Positions 9,359-18,486 of a stretch of 64,000 nucleotides of DNA are shown one piece after another. The stretch's first letter is position 1. Each line of letters begins with the position of its first letter. Location: positions 1,621 through 65,620 of the forward strand of contig WFRX01000140.1 of the NCBI GenBank assembly GCA_015486285.1, read 5' to 3'. Position numbers and translations under genes: made by a program. The notes beneath the pieces were generated by a model. It saw only the letters and a list, made by a program, of their open reading frames with translations, had not been told where the DNA came from and did no database searches. This stretch comes from a bacterium. Lineage in GTDB: Bacteria; Desulfobacterota; DSWW01.

Positions 9359-9423
9359 CAGCCGGGTATGCCCAACGGCTGGAAAGTAGACCGACATGAT
9401 CAGGATGAACTGCTTTCTTCGCC

Positions 9424-9460
9424 GACTTCCCAAAAAGTCCCATTTGCGGCGTTCGGCTTC
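9424..9460 (+). repeat. Copy 1 of a short intergenic repeat family (CCCAAAAAGTCCCATTTGCGGCGTTCGGCTTCATCC)
   Basis: Related copies at 18430-18463 and 24263-24296. Confidence 0.5.
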
Positions 9461-9737
9461 ATCCGTCGTCATTCAACGTACGGGAGGTACGCTTCACCGT
9501 TACATGGATCCCCTTATCCTGCGGAATTGTCGCCTGCGTTGCACCCGGAACTTTTTGAACAGCCTCCAAGAGCCACCTTGTGAACAGGCTCTCAGGCAGG
9601 TCCGGGGGGCCGCGCCCCGTGCTGATGACAACGGCACATGGATATGCCAGACTGCAAGGAGGTCGGGTTTGTAGGTTTGTATCGGTCGTCCGGCACGAAG
9701 GCGGCCTGCGACACCGGAAGACGAAAGCGCCACGGCC

Positions 9738-11333
9738 ATGGATGAGAACGCCGGTCACCTGCTCGAGGAACGACTGCGTTTCGAGCAATTGCTTTCCAAT
9801 CTTTCCGCGAAATTCGTCAACCTCCCTGCACATCGGGTGGACGCAGAGATCTCGAGCGGACTCCAGGAAATCGCGGTTTTTCTCAACGTAGACCGGGCTA
9901 TCTTGTGGGAGCGATCTCCTGAGGATGGACGCTTCCGTCCCATTCATTGGTGGGCCATACCGGGGGTTGATACGTTTCTTCCCGGTACAACGGAAGAAAA
10001 CTTCCCGTGGATTCTCGAACGTGTTTATCGAGGTGAGGCCACGATCATTACCCGGGTGGAAGACTTCCCGGCAGAGGCGGAAAAAGAGAGGCGTTGGGTG
10101 GAGGGGACAGGTGTGAAGTCGGGCATCGTGGTGCCGCTCATGGTAGAGGGATCCGTGGTCTCCCTGCTGGCGCTGCACGTCCATCGGAGCGGGCGGCACT
10201 GGACCCCTGAAATCGTACAGCGACTGCGCATGTTCGGGGAGGTGCTTCTCAACGCCCGGGAACGCAAGCGGGGAGAAGAAAGGCTCCGGCAGGCCTTCTC
10301 CGAGATCGAGCGGCTGAAACATCAGCTCGAGGTGGAAAACCGTTACCTCCGCGAAGAAATCGACCTCACCCACGAGCACAAGGAAATCGTCGGCAAGAGC
10401 CGGGCCATCCGGAGGGTCTTGCGCTCCGTGGAAAGGGTGGCCGGTACGGAATCCACGGTTCTCATCCTCGGTGAGACCGGCGCCGGGAAGGAAATGATCG
10501 CCTTTGCGATTCACAACATGAGTCCCAGAAGAGGCAGGCCTCTCGTAAAGGTGAATTGCGGCTCTTTGCCCACTACCTTGGTGGAGAGCGAACTGTTCGG
10601 CAGAGAAAAGGGGGCGTTCACGGGCGCCGTTTCGAGACAAACGGGGCGGTTCGAGGTCGCGGACGGCTCGTCGATTTTTCTCGACGAGATCGGGGAAATG
10701 CCCCTCGAGGCACAGACCAAGCTCCTGCGGGTGATCGAGGATGGTGAATTCGAGCGTTTGGGCAGCACGAAGACCATCAAAGTGGATGTCCGCGTCATCG
10801 CCTCCACGAACCGGGACCTGCTCCAGGCGGTTCGGAAAGGCGTCTTTCGGGAGGACCTCTATTATCGTTTGAATGTCTTCCCCATTGTCGTCCCCCCTCT
10901 TCGGGAACGCAGGGAAGACATCCCCCGGCTGGTGTGGCACTTCGTGAGAAGTTACGAGAAGAAAATGGGGAAGTCTATCGAGAAGATCCCGGAGAAAGAT
11001 ATGCAGGCCCTGCAAAGGCATGACTGGCCGGGCAACGTCCGGGAGCTGAAGAACGTGGTGGAACGGGCGATGATCCTGAACCGGGGGCCCATCTTCCGGT
11101 TGGAAATGGATGAGGCCAGAGCCCACACGGGGGGCCTGGGGAGAACCCTCCGGGAGATCGAGAAGCGGCACATCATGGACGTGTTGGTGGAGACCGGTTG
11201 GCGGGTGAGGGGCAAAGGCGGCGCGGCGGAGATTCTGGGCCTCAAGCCTACGACCCTGGAAGCCAGGATGCAGAAGCTCGGCATCCGGAGAAAGCGCGAA
11301 TCCTTGTCTTCCGCTGTGGAGACGCCCCGGTGA
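9738..11333 (+). CDS. Sigma-54-dependent transcriptional activator (GAF sensor domain + AAA+ sigma-54 interaction domain + Fis-type HTH)
   Basis: GAFTGA motif ([10 protein letters not shown]), Walker A GETGAGKE, the ESELFG motif, and a C-terminal HTH ([21 protein letters not shown]). Confidence 0.9.
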   Translation: MDENAGHLLEERLRFEQLLSNLSAKFVNLPAHRVDAEISSGLQEIAVFLNVDRAILWERSPEDGRFRPIHWWAIPGVDTFLPGTTEENFPWILERVYRGEATIITRVEDFPAEAEKERRWVEGTGVKSGIVVPLMVEGSVVSLLALHVHRSGRHWTPEIVQRLRMFGEVLLNARERKRGEERLRQAFSEIERLKHQLEVENRYLREEIDLTHEHKEIVGKSRAIRRVLRSVERVAGTESTVLILGETGAGKEMIAFAIHNMSPRRGRPLVKVNCGSLPTTLVESELFGREKGAFTGAVSRQTGRFEVADGSSIFLDEIGEMPLEAQTKLLRVIEDGEFERLGSTKTIKVDVRVIASTNRDLLQAVRKGVFREDLYYRLNVFPIVVPPLRERREDIPRLVWHFVRSYEKKMGKSIEKIPEKDMQALQRHDWPGNVRELKNVVERAMILNRGPIFRLEMDEARAHTGGLGRTLREIEKRHIMDVLVETGWRVRGKGGAAEILGLKPTTLEARMQKLGIRRKRESLSSAVETPR

Positions 11334-11429
11334 GGCCCCGGAAGCCAGGGGACAAGGCCCGCCAAAGCACTTGAGAGGGAGTCGAGTCCGGTCCGGAAGA
11401 CAGAAGGGCACTCAATAGGGGGAAAAGAG

Positions 11430-12779
11430 ATGGGCACACAGCCGACGAAAACCTTGCAAGCGGATGTGGTGATTGCAGGGTCCGGGCCGGGCGGGGCCAC
11501 CGTGGCCCGGGAGCTTTCCCGAAAGGGCAAGCGGGTGATCGTGTGCGAGGCGGGAAAGTACAGCAAGTGGCTCGGACACACCCTTTCCACCTTTTTCATG
11601 CTGGATCGGAAGGGGTTGAGCTTTTCCGAACAGGGGCAGTGGATCGTCTCGGGCCGGACGGCCGGCGGAGGCACGGTCGTCTATGGCGGTATGGCCTGGA
11701 AGCCTCCTGCCTGGTTCAAGGAGAAGTACGGCATCGACCTCTCCGCGGAGACCGATGAGTTCTACCAGGAGGTTTCAGCCGGTCCCCTGCCGGATTCACA
11801 CATCGGTCCCGCGTCCCGGAGGATCATGGAGGCGGCCCGCAAGACGGGCCTTGACTGGAAGCCGGCCGACCGCTTGATCCGTGCGGACAAGTGTAAGCCC
11901 GACTGTGATGCGTGTATGTCCGGATGTACGCGGGGCGCCAAGTGGACGGCCCGCGAGTTCCTGGACGAGGCCGTCGGCAACGGCGCGACCCTCCTGCTGC
12001 AAACAGAGGTGGAGCGGGTTCTGACAGAGTCCGGCGAGGCGATCGGTGTGCGGGCAATGGGGCCCGAGGGGCCGGTGGAGATCCTGGCGGATACGGTGGT
12101 CGTCTCGGCGGGCGGGTTCGGAACGCCCCGCATTCTGCAGAGGTCCGGGCTCTACGAGGCCGGCCGGGGATTTGCCGTCGATTTCGGGCGCTACGTGGGC
12201 GGTCTCTGTCCCGACCACACCCCGCGGACCGAGGTTCCCGCAACGACGGGTGTCGAGCTGTCCAAGGAAGGCATCATCCTGCTTGCAGGCACGCTCAAGG
12301 GGATCATGTACGGAGGGATGCTCGCCATTACCGGGCCCCGGGCCTGGGGCCGGTTGCCCGACGCTTTCCGGGCCGGGAAGGCCCTGGGAATCCTGATGAT
12401 GGTCCGAGACCGGGTCGAGGGGAGGATCAACCCGGAGGGCACCTTTTCCAAGCCGATCGACGAGGATTGCCGGGCCAAGCTCAACCAGGGGACCCTGATC
12501 GCCCAGGAGGTGCTCGAGGAGGCCGGCGTGAGGCGCAAGCAACAGACGGCCATGACCGTTTTCGCCGCCCACCAGGTGGCTTCCGTTCGAATCGGGGAGT
12601 TGCTGGACCAGAACTGCCAGACACCCATCAAGCGATGCTACTGCATGGATGCCAGCGTGATCCCCGAGGACTGGGGCCAGCCGCCCGTGGTCACCATCGT
12701 CGCCCTGGCCAAGAGGCTCGCCAAACATCTTGCCGTGGCCGTTGAGACGGAAGTCGCCGTACAAGAACCTGCTTCCTGA
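11430..12779 (+). CDS. GMC-family FAD-dependent oxidoreductase (short form)
   Basis: N-terminal Rossmann ADVVIAGSGPGGATVAREL and a GMC-like C-terminal region. Confidence 0.65.
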   Translation: MGTQPTKTLQADVVIAGSGPGGATVARELSRKGKRVIVCEAGKYSKWLGHTLSTFFMLDRKGLSFSEQGQWIVSGRTAGGGTVVYGGMAWKPPAWFKEKYGIDLSAETDEFYQEVSAGPLPDSHIGPASRRIMEAARKTGLDWKPADRLIRADKCKPDCDACMSGCTRGAKWTAREFLDEAVGNGATLLLQTEVERVLTESGEAIGVRAMGPEGPVEILADTVVVSAGGFGTPRILQRSGLYEAGRGFAVDFGRYVGGLCPDHTPRTEVPATTGVELSKEGIILLAGTLKGIMYGGMLAITGPRAWGRLPDAFRAGKALGILMMVRDRVEGRINPEGTFSKPIDEDCRAKLNQGTLIAQEVLEEAGVRRKQQTAMTVFAAHQVASVRIGELLDQNCQTPIKRCYCMDASVIPEDWGQPPVVTIVALAKRLAKHLAVAVETEVAVQEPAS

Positions 12780-12901
12780 GGAATCCCCGGCGGGTCATTT
12801 CCGTGAGCCTGCAGAGGGGGTTTGCGTGTCATGTTGGCTTCTTTTTCAAGCCATAGCGGGGACGGGTGTGTGGCGCGGGAACTCCAAGATGTTGGGACGG
12901 G

Positions 12902-12917
12902 CTCCAAAATTTTGGAG
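12902..12917 (+). promoter_or_regulatory. Perfect 16-bp palindrome CTCCAAAATTTTGGAG; putative sigma-54 activator site (UAS)
   Basis: Read directly. Lies about 100 bp upstream of the TGGCAC promoter. Confidence 0.5.
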
Positions 12918-13010
12918 GCCGTGCTTCCTTCCTGATCATCCCTTGCCGCGGGGGGCTGAAAAATACCGTATTGTTTTCGGCAGGTTAGGTCTTCATCCGC
13001 CTTGTCGCTT

Positions 13011-13032
13011 CTCTGGCACGACTCTTGAGAAG
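13011..13032 (+). promoter_or_regulatory. Sigma-54 promoter candidate (CTCTGGCACGACTCTTGAGAAGG; TGGCACG-N4-TTGA)
   Basis: -24 TGGCACG is perfect; -12 is TTGA instead of TTGC. Sits 90-110 bp upstream of the first methyltransferase gene; a sigma-54 activator gene is adjacent. Confidence 0.55.
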
Positions 13033-13120
13033 GAAGAATGGCCGGCAGCCGACCTTGTCCCGTTTCGGATGGAGCGGGAAGGTCGGGAATGAAACGGACT
13101 TTCATGGGGAGGGCTTACGG

Positions 13121-14203
13121 ATGGTCAGTTCAAGAGGGGGCATGAGTGAACTGGAACGGCTGGAGGCGCTGTTGAACCGGGAGCGGCCGGACCGGGTACC
13201 TATCTGGCCTCTATCCGCAGGATTCAGCATGCTGAACGGAGGGTATACGATCAATGACGTCTACACCGACGTCAGGATCTGCACGGATGCGCAGATTTGG
13301 GCCAACGAACAGTACGGCTGGGCCCCTGTCGTGCTCATTCCGGGCGCCCTTTCGGCATGGCCCGCCCTGGAATTCGGCGGGGACGTCAAGTTCCCCACCG
13401 GAGACTTTTCCCAGGCCCCGACGGTTGTGCGGCATCCGGTTCAGAGCGACGAGGAGATCCTCAACCTGAAGATTCCGGATCCCCTGGAAAATGCGGGCAC
13501 CATCCCCATGCAGCTTGCCGCGGTAGCCTATGCGCTGGAGCGCCAGCCAAGGGGTCTGCTGGTGGGCCTTCTTGTAGGCGGGCCCATGGAGATCGGCAGG
13601 GCGCTCGTCAGCATCGAGATGTTGGGCCGGATGATGTACAAAAAGCCGGACATGGTGCACAAGCTTTTCCGGTTTGCCACCGACTTCTCGATCGCCGTGG
13701 CCAAGCTGTGGACCGAGAAGTTCGACCCGGCGAGGATCTGCCCCTTCGTCGGAGGGCCCACCCACTCGAACCAGGTCATCTCGCCGAAGCATTTCAAGGA
13801 ATTTTGCCTCCCCTACGTCAAGGAAACGCATGCGGCCCTGCGGGAATTGGGCTACAAGCATTTCATGTTTCATCCCTGCGGGGAGCAGAACGAGAACCTC
13901 CCCTACTGGGCCGAGGCGGAGATGGGCGACCCCGGGATCATCAGCGTGGGGCACGAGATCGACCTGAGCAAGGTGGCCGAGTACTTCCCGGATCACATCG
14001 CCTTCGGGAACCTGGAGCCGGCCATCGTACAGACCCACAAGCCTCCCGAGGTCTACGAGGCGGTCCGGGATCTGGTGGCCAGGCACAAGGACATTCCCGG
14101 CGGCTACATCTTTTCGGTGGGCTGCGAGCTGCCGCCGAAGGCCTCGCCGGGCAGTGTCTGGGCCATGACCAAGGCGGTGGAAGATGCCGGCTGGTATACG
14201 TGA
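13121..14203 (+). CDS. Uroporphyrinogen-decarboxylase (URO-D/MtaA) family methyltransferase (corrinoid-dependent MT, copy 1)
   Basis: MtaA/CmuA-like TIM-barrel sequence (RVPIWP..., HPCGEQNENLPYW). Start at ATG 13121 with a GGGGAGGG SD; ATG 13142 is the alternative. Confidence 0.75.
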   Translation: MVSSRGGMSELERLEALLNRERPDRVPIWPLSAGFSMLNGGYTINDVYTDVRICTDAQIWANEQYGWAPVVLIPGALSAWPALEFGGDVKFPTGDFSQAPTVVRHPVQSDEEILNLKIPDPLENAGTIPMQLAAVAYALERQPRGLLVGLLVGGPMEIGRALVSIEMLGRMMYKKPDMVHKLFRFATDFSIAVAKLWTEKFDPARICPFVGGPTHSNQVISPKHFKEFCLPYVKETHAALRELGYKHFMFHPCGEQNENLPYWAEAEMGDPGIISVGHEIDLSKVAEYFPDHIAFGNLEPAIVQTHKPPEVYEAVRDLVARHKDIPGGYIFSVGCELPPKASPGSVWAMTKAVEDAGWYT

Positions 14204-14274
14204 CGAGCGAGCAGTTTCTGAGGAATAGACGTAAAGAACCCAACAAGCACCCGACAAGAAGAAGGAGACCGTTC

Positions 14275-14964
14275 ATGGCGAGCGAGGAGCGAACCAGGGA
14301 GATCCTGGAGGCACTGAAGGACTCGGTCAAGGATTTCGAGGAGGAAGAGGCGGTCAAGTGGGCCAAGATCGCGCTGGAAGAAGGAGTGGATCCCTTTCAG
14401 GCGACCATGGAGGGGCTGGCGGAAGGCATGATCATCGCGGGCGATCTTTACAACCAGAAGGAGTACTTCGTGCCGGAGCTGCTCATGTGCTCCGATGCCC
14501 TGTACGCGGGGCTGGAGGTGCTCAAGCCGGCCATCGAGGCCTCGGACCGGCAATCGGAGGTAAAGGGTTCGATTGTCGTGGGGGTGGTGGAAGGGGATGT
14601 GCATGACATCGGCAAGAATCTGGTGAAGATCATGTTCGAGGTGGCGGGCTGGACGGTGCACGATCTCGGCAAGGACGTGCCCCTGGAGAAGTTCGTGGAA
14701 GAGCAGATCCGGACCGACTGCGATGTGGTGGGGCTCTCCGCGCTGATGACCACCAGCATGCTGGGTATGCCGGAGGTGATCCGGAAGCTCAGGGAGAAGA
14801 ACCCGAAGGTGCGGATCCTGATCGGGGGCGCCCCGATCAACCCGGAGGTGGCCGAGAAGTACGGGGCCGACGGCTACGCCAAGACGGCCGGGACGGCGGT
14901 GGATGAGGCGATCCGGCTGCTGAAGATGTTGCGGGACGAGGAACAGGGCAAGCAGGCGGTCTGA
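14275..14964 (+). CDS. Corrinoid (B12-binding) protein, MtaC/MtbC-like
   Basis: B12-binding DxHxxG motif (GDVHDIGKN), a helical cap domain and a Rossmann-like B12 domain; GAAGGAGA SD. Confidence 0.85.
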   Translation: MASEERTREILEALKDSVKDFEEEEAVKWAKIALEEGVDPFQATMEGLAEGMIIAGDLYNQKEYFVPELLMCSDALYAGLEVLKPAIEASDRQSEVKGSIVVGVVEGDVHDIGKNLVKIMFEVAGWTVHDLGKDVPLEKFVEEQIRTDCDVVGLSALMTTSMLGMPEVIRKLREKNPKVRILIGGAPINPEVAEKYGADGYAKTAGTAVDEAIRLLKMLRDEEQGKQAV

Positions 14965-14994
14965 CAGGGCACGAGCAGGAGGGAGGTGTTTTCG

Positions 14995-16020
14995 ATGAAT
15001 TCCAGGGAACGGGCCTTGAAGGTCTTCAAGCGCGAGCCGGTCGACCGCATACCGGTCTTCAGCGGCTACGGGAACATTACGCTGCACGGGCTTGAGCAAC
15101 ATGGCTGGAATTTCTGCGAGATCCACACGGACGCGGAGAAGATGGCGCGGGTGGCCGCCACGAGCTACGAACTCTTCGGGTTCGAGTGTGCGGTGGTGCC
15201 TTTCGACATGGGGGTGGAGGCCGAGGTCCTCGGCAGCAAGGTCAACTATTACCCGCACCGTACGGATGTGGTCTACCCGACGATCGAGCAGCCGGCCGCG
15301 GAAACGGTGGACGATCTCCGGGTGGAGATGCCCGCCGACCTGGCCCATGCGGGACGGGTTCCCGTGGTCCGGGAGGCATTGGGCAAATTGAAGGAGCGGT
15401 TGGGTGAGGATGTGGTGATCGGCGCCTGGGTGCTGGGTCCTTACACGCAGACCGGCCAACTGGTGGACCTTTCCAATCTCTCCCGGGCGGCCTACAAGAA
15501 GCAGGGGCTGATGAACGAGATCCTGGAGAAGGTCTCTACCTTCCTGATCGAAGTGATCCGGCTCTACCGGGAGGCCGGGGCGGACTACATCACGATCCGC
15601 GAGATGGGGGCGGGGCCGGACATCCTGAGCCCGGCCATCTTCCGGAAACTGGTCAAGCCCCACTTGGAGCGTATCTTCTCGGAGATCGACTCACCGAAGG
15701 TGCTGCACATGTGCGGCGACACGAACATGATCATCGAACTTCTGGGGGACTGCGGGGCGGACGCGGTGAGTGTGGAGAACAAGAACGACGTGGCCGCGTC
15801 CCGGGCGAAGCTGGGTCCGGATGCGCTGATCTTCGGCGACATCGACGCTTACAACGTGCTGGTCAACGGCACGCCGGAGCAGGTGGCGGAAGCGGTCAAG
15901 GCCGCGATCGACAAGAGCGTCAACGCCCTCTGGCCCAGTTGCGACATCTGGCCCACGGCCCCCCCGGAAAACATGCGGGCCCTTATGGAAGCCGCGAGGC
16001 AATATGGAAAACGCGGCTGA
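14995..16020 (+). CDS. URO-D/MtaA-family methyltransferase (copy 2)
   Basis: RIPVFSGYGNITLHGLEQHG..., HMCGDTNMIIELL. ATG 14995 is 9 nt after an AGGAGGGAGG SD. Confidence 0.75.
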   Translation: MNSRERALKVFKREPVDRIPVFSGYGNITLHGLEQHGWNFCEIHTDAEKMARVAATSYELFGFECAVVPFDMGVEAEVLGSKVNYYPHRTDVVYPTIEQPAAETVDDLRVEMPADLAHAGRVPVVREALGKLKERLGEDVVIGAWVLGPYTQTGQLVDLSNLSRAAYKKQGLMNEILEKVSTFLIEVIRLYREAGADYITIREMGAGPDILSPAIFRKLVKPHLERIFSEIDSPKVLHMCGDTNMIIELLGDCGADAVSVENKNDVAASRAKLGPDALIFGDIDAYNVLVNGTPEQVAEAVKAAIDKSVNALWPSCDIWPTAPPENMRALMEAARQYGKRG

Positions 16021-16093
16021 GCTTCTGTAAGGAGGGTCCGAGGATCTGGATGGGTTTGGTGTGGATCACTTGACCATTGCGAAGGAAAACCAA

Positions 16094-17035
16094 ATGCTTC
16101 GATACCCGAAAGTGCAGCAAGTGGCCGAGATCGGGGGTCTCCGGGTCGGCGGCCAGCCGGGCGAGAATCCTCCCCTCCTGGTGGGAAACATGTTCCAGAA
16201 GGGGGATGCCCTGTTGAAGAGCCGGAAACAGGGCGAGTTTGACAGGGCCCGGGCGGAAGAACGTATCCGGGAGCTGGAAAGCGTTTCCCGTGAGACGGGC
16301 ATACCCGGTATGGTGGCGCTGGTGGCGAACACGGAAGAAGAAATCAAGGGCTACATCGACTTTGTCACCGACGTGACGGACATGCCCTTTGCCGTGGACA
16401 TCTGGCAGCAGGATGTCCGGCTCGCCGCGGCGCGCTATGTGGCCGAGATGGGCATGCAGGACAGGGTCCTGTACAACAGCATCACGCCCTGGGACAAAGA
16501 CATCGCGTCCCAGGTGTCGGAACTCAAGGAACTGGGCATCCGGCATGTGGTGATCCAGGCCTTTGACACGAACGACAAGACCTCCTCGGGCAGACTCACC
16601 TCCCTGGAGGCCCTGCTGCCTTCGGCTCAGAAGGGCGGATTCGCGAGCATCCTGGTGGATACGGCCGCCATGAACCTGCCCGCCATGGGGCTGTCGCTGA
16701 AGGCCAATCATCTCATCAAGGAGCGGCTCGGCCTGCCCGTGGGGTTCGCCCCGTCCAACGGAAGCTACATGTGGCGGAAGTCCGCGGAAGGGGATGCGAA
16801 AAAGAGGTTTCCCGCCGTGGATGCGGCGGCGCATGCCGTCTGCGCGCTCCTGAGCGATTTCCTCTTCTACGGGCCCATGTCCGGGACGTCCCGGGTGTTC
16901 GCCGCCGTCGGGGCGGCAAGCGCCATGACGGCCGCGTTGGCCTACGAGGAGACGGGCGCCCTGCCGGCGGGCGCGCATCCGCTCGGCGAGATGTTTCCGG
17001 ACGTCCTCGAACAGTTCCGTCAGGACTCTGCCTGA
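16094..17035 (+). CDS. MtrH-family (pterin-binding) methyltransferase: methyl-corrinoid:tetrahydrofolate/pterin methyltransferase
   Basis: VAEIGGLRVGGQPGENPPLLVGNMF is a typical MtrH/MT-II N-terminus. ATG 16094 has a GAAGGA SD; the track's GTG at 16061 is the alternative. Confidence 0.75.
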   Translation: MLRYPKVQQVAEIGGLRVGGQPGENPPLLVGNMFQKGDALLKSRKQGEFDRARAEERIRELESVSRETGIPGMVALVANTEEEIKGYIDFVTDVTDMPFAVDIWQQDVRLAAARYVAEMGMQDRVLYNSITPWDKDIASQVSELKELGIRHVVIQAFDTNDKTSSGRLTSLEALLPSAQKGGFASILVDTAAMNLPAMGLSLKANHLIKERLGLPVGFAPSNGSYMWRKSAEGDAKKRFPAVDAAAHAVCALLSDFLFYGPMSGTSRVFAAVGAASAMTAALAYEETGALPAGAHPLGEMFPDVLEQFRQDSA

Positions 17036-17196
17036 GGAACGAAATGTTCCTGCGTATATGACGGGGCTTTGCGTGCGTGCGCGTGTTGCTCGAGGATTGC
17101 AACGCCTTCAGGATATGTGTTAAACGCATGCATGCCGCTCACATTCCGGCAGCGGTTTCAAAACATCCGGAAGAGAGACGAAGGAGGATGGATCCA

Positions 17197-18420
17197 ATGA
17201 GAGAGTTACCCCCCCGCATGCAGGATCGACTTTACCACGATATGATTCTTCCCGAGGAAACCCTGGAGATTCGGGCCAAGGCGAGGGAGTTCGCGATCCG
17301 GGAGATCGCCCCGCGGGCCTACGAGATCGCCCACACCGAGGAAAGCCGGGAGAGCTTCGCCTGGGACATCTTCCGAAAATTGGCGGAAGAGGACTTCTTC
17401 AAGATCCCCTACCCGGCCGAGGTGGGGGGGCTCGGCTTGAAATATCCGTGCTGTGCGACGGTTGTCACGGTCGAGGAACTCGCCTACATGTCGAACAGCA
17501 TTGCAGCCGTCTATGACGTGCACTGCATCCTGGCCGGCCACGCCCTGGAATACGGCTCGGAACACATCCGGGAAAACTTCCTCCGGCCCATGACCACGGC
17601 CGAAAAGATCGGCTGCTTTGCCACCACCGAACCGATGGCCAGTTCCGACCTCTCCGCCCGCTCGGTGCAGACTCGGGGCAGACGAGAGGGAGACGTGTTC
17701 ATCGTCAGCGGACAGAAGCGCTTCATCACGAATTCCTGTGTGGCCGATTTCGTCACCGCCCTGGTCAACGTCGAGGGCAAGCTCTGCATGATGGTCATCG
17801 ATCTCCACACCGACGGCTGCCGCGTGGGGGAGCCGGATCGCAAGATGGGGAACAAGGGGCAGCTCACCTCGGATATCTACTTCGACGAGGTCGCTGTTCC
17901 CGTGGAGAACCTCATCAGCGACATGGGCAAAGGCCTTCACGTGGCCCTGGGCACACTCACGTACGGCCGCGTCGGGATTGCCGCCACAGGCGTCGGCATG
18001 GCCCAGTCCGCCTTCGACGAGTCGGTGGCCTACATGAAGGAGCGGGAGGCCTTCGGCAGGAAGATCGGCCAATACCAGTACTGGCAGTTCCGTATTGCGG
18101 AGCGGGCGATTCAGATCGAGAACGCCCGGAATCTCTATCTCAAGGCCGCTCTCAGGATGGATCAGGGGGTCGAGTTCCCCGAGCCGGAGGCCGGCGGAGC
18201 CAAGTACTATGCCACCGAATGCGCCGGCGACATGGCCAGGGATGCGGTCCAGATCTTCGGCGGGTACGGATTCATGCAGGAGTTGAGCCACGACAAATCC
18301 CATTACAAGGTCCAGGAGATCTTCCGGGATTTCAAGATCGCCGAGATCTACGAAGGAACGAACGAGATTCAACGCATGATCCTCGCCCGCACGATCTTCG
18401 GCAAGGACTTGACAGGTTAG
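17197..18420 (+). CDS. Acyl-CoA dehydrogenase
   Basis: Full-length ACAD fold: FFKIPYPAEVGGLGL, TEPMASSDLS, QIFGGYGFMQELSHDKSHYKVQEIFRDFKIAEIYEGTNEIQRMI. ATG 17197 is 9 nt after an AGGAGG SD. Confidence 0.9.
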   Translation: MRELPPRMQDRLYHDMILPEETLEIRAKAREFAIREIAPRAYEIAHTEESRESFAWDIFRKLAEEDFFKIPYPAEVGGLGLKYPCCATVVTVEELAYMSNSIAAVYDVHCILAGHALEYGSEHIRENFLRPMTTAEKIGCFATTEPMASSDLSARSVQTRGRREGDVFIVSGQKRFITNSCVADFVTALVNVEGKLCMMVIDLHTDGCRVGEPDRKMGNKGQLTSDIYFDEVAVPVENLISDMGKGLHVALGTLTYGRVGIAATGVGMAQSAFDESVAYMKEREAFGRKIGQYQYWQFRIAERAIQIENARNLYLKAALRMDQGVEFPEPEAGGAKYYATECAGDMARDAVQIFGGYGFMQELSHDKSHYKVQEIFRDFKIAEIYEGTNEIQRMILARTIFGKDLTG

Positions 18421-18429
18421 CAGACTGCC

Positions 18430-18463
18430 TCGAGAGCCCAATCCGCGGCGTTCGACTTCATCC
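18430..18463 (+). repeat. Copy 2 of the short repeat family (GAGCCCAATCCGCGGCGTTCGACTTCATCC)
   Basis: Shares GCGGCGTTCGNCTTCATCC with copy 1; about 25 bp upstream of the DUF1254 gene start. Confidence 0.45.
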
Positions 18464-18486
18464 CGCCGGCATGAGGAGAGAATGGT

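Noticed and set aside
5602-11411. Very long minus-strand ORFs (5602..7431, 7316..9472, 9459..11411) and many similar 200-1100-aa ORFs antisense to annotated genes throughout the window
   Set aside because: Their compositions are extremely Arg/Gly/Pro/Ala-rich and they lie exactly antisense or out of frame to genes with clear homology. They are typical open frames of high-GC DNA, not genes.
7400-17035. Mercury-methylation HgcAB system (because of the corrinoid genes near MerB)
   Set aside because: The corrinoid protein is MtaC-type (DxHxxG, no CFeSP-like HgcA cap-helix or TM domain). The Fe-S partner is a RACo activase, not an HgcB ferredoxin.
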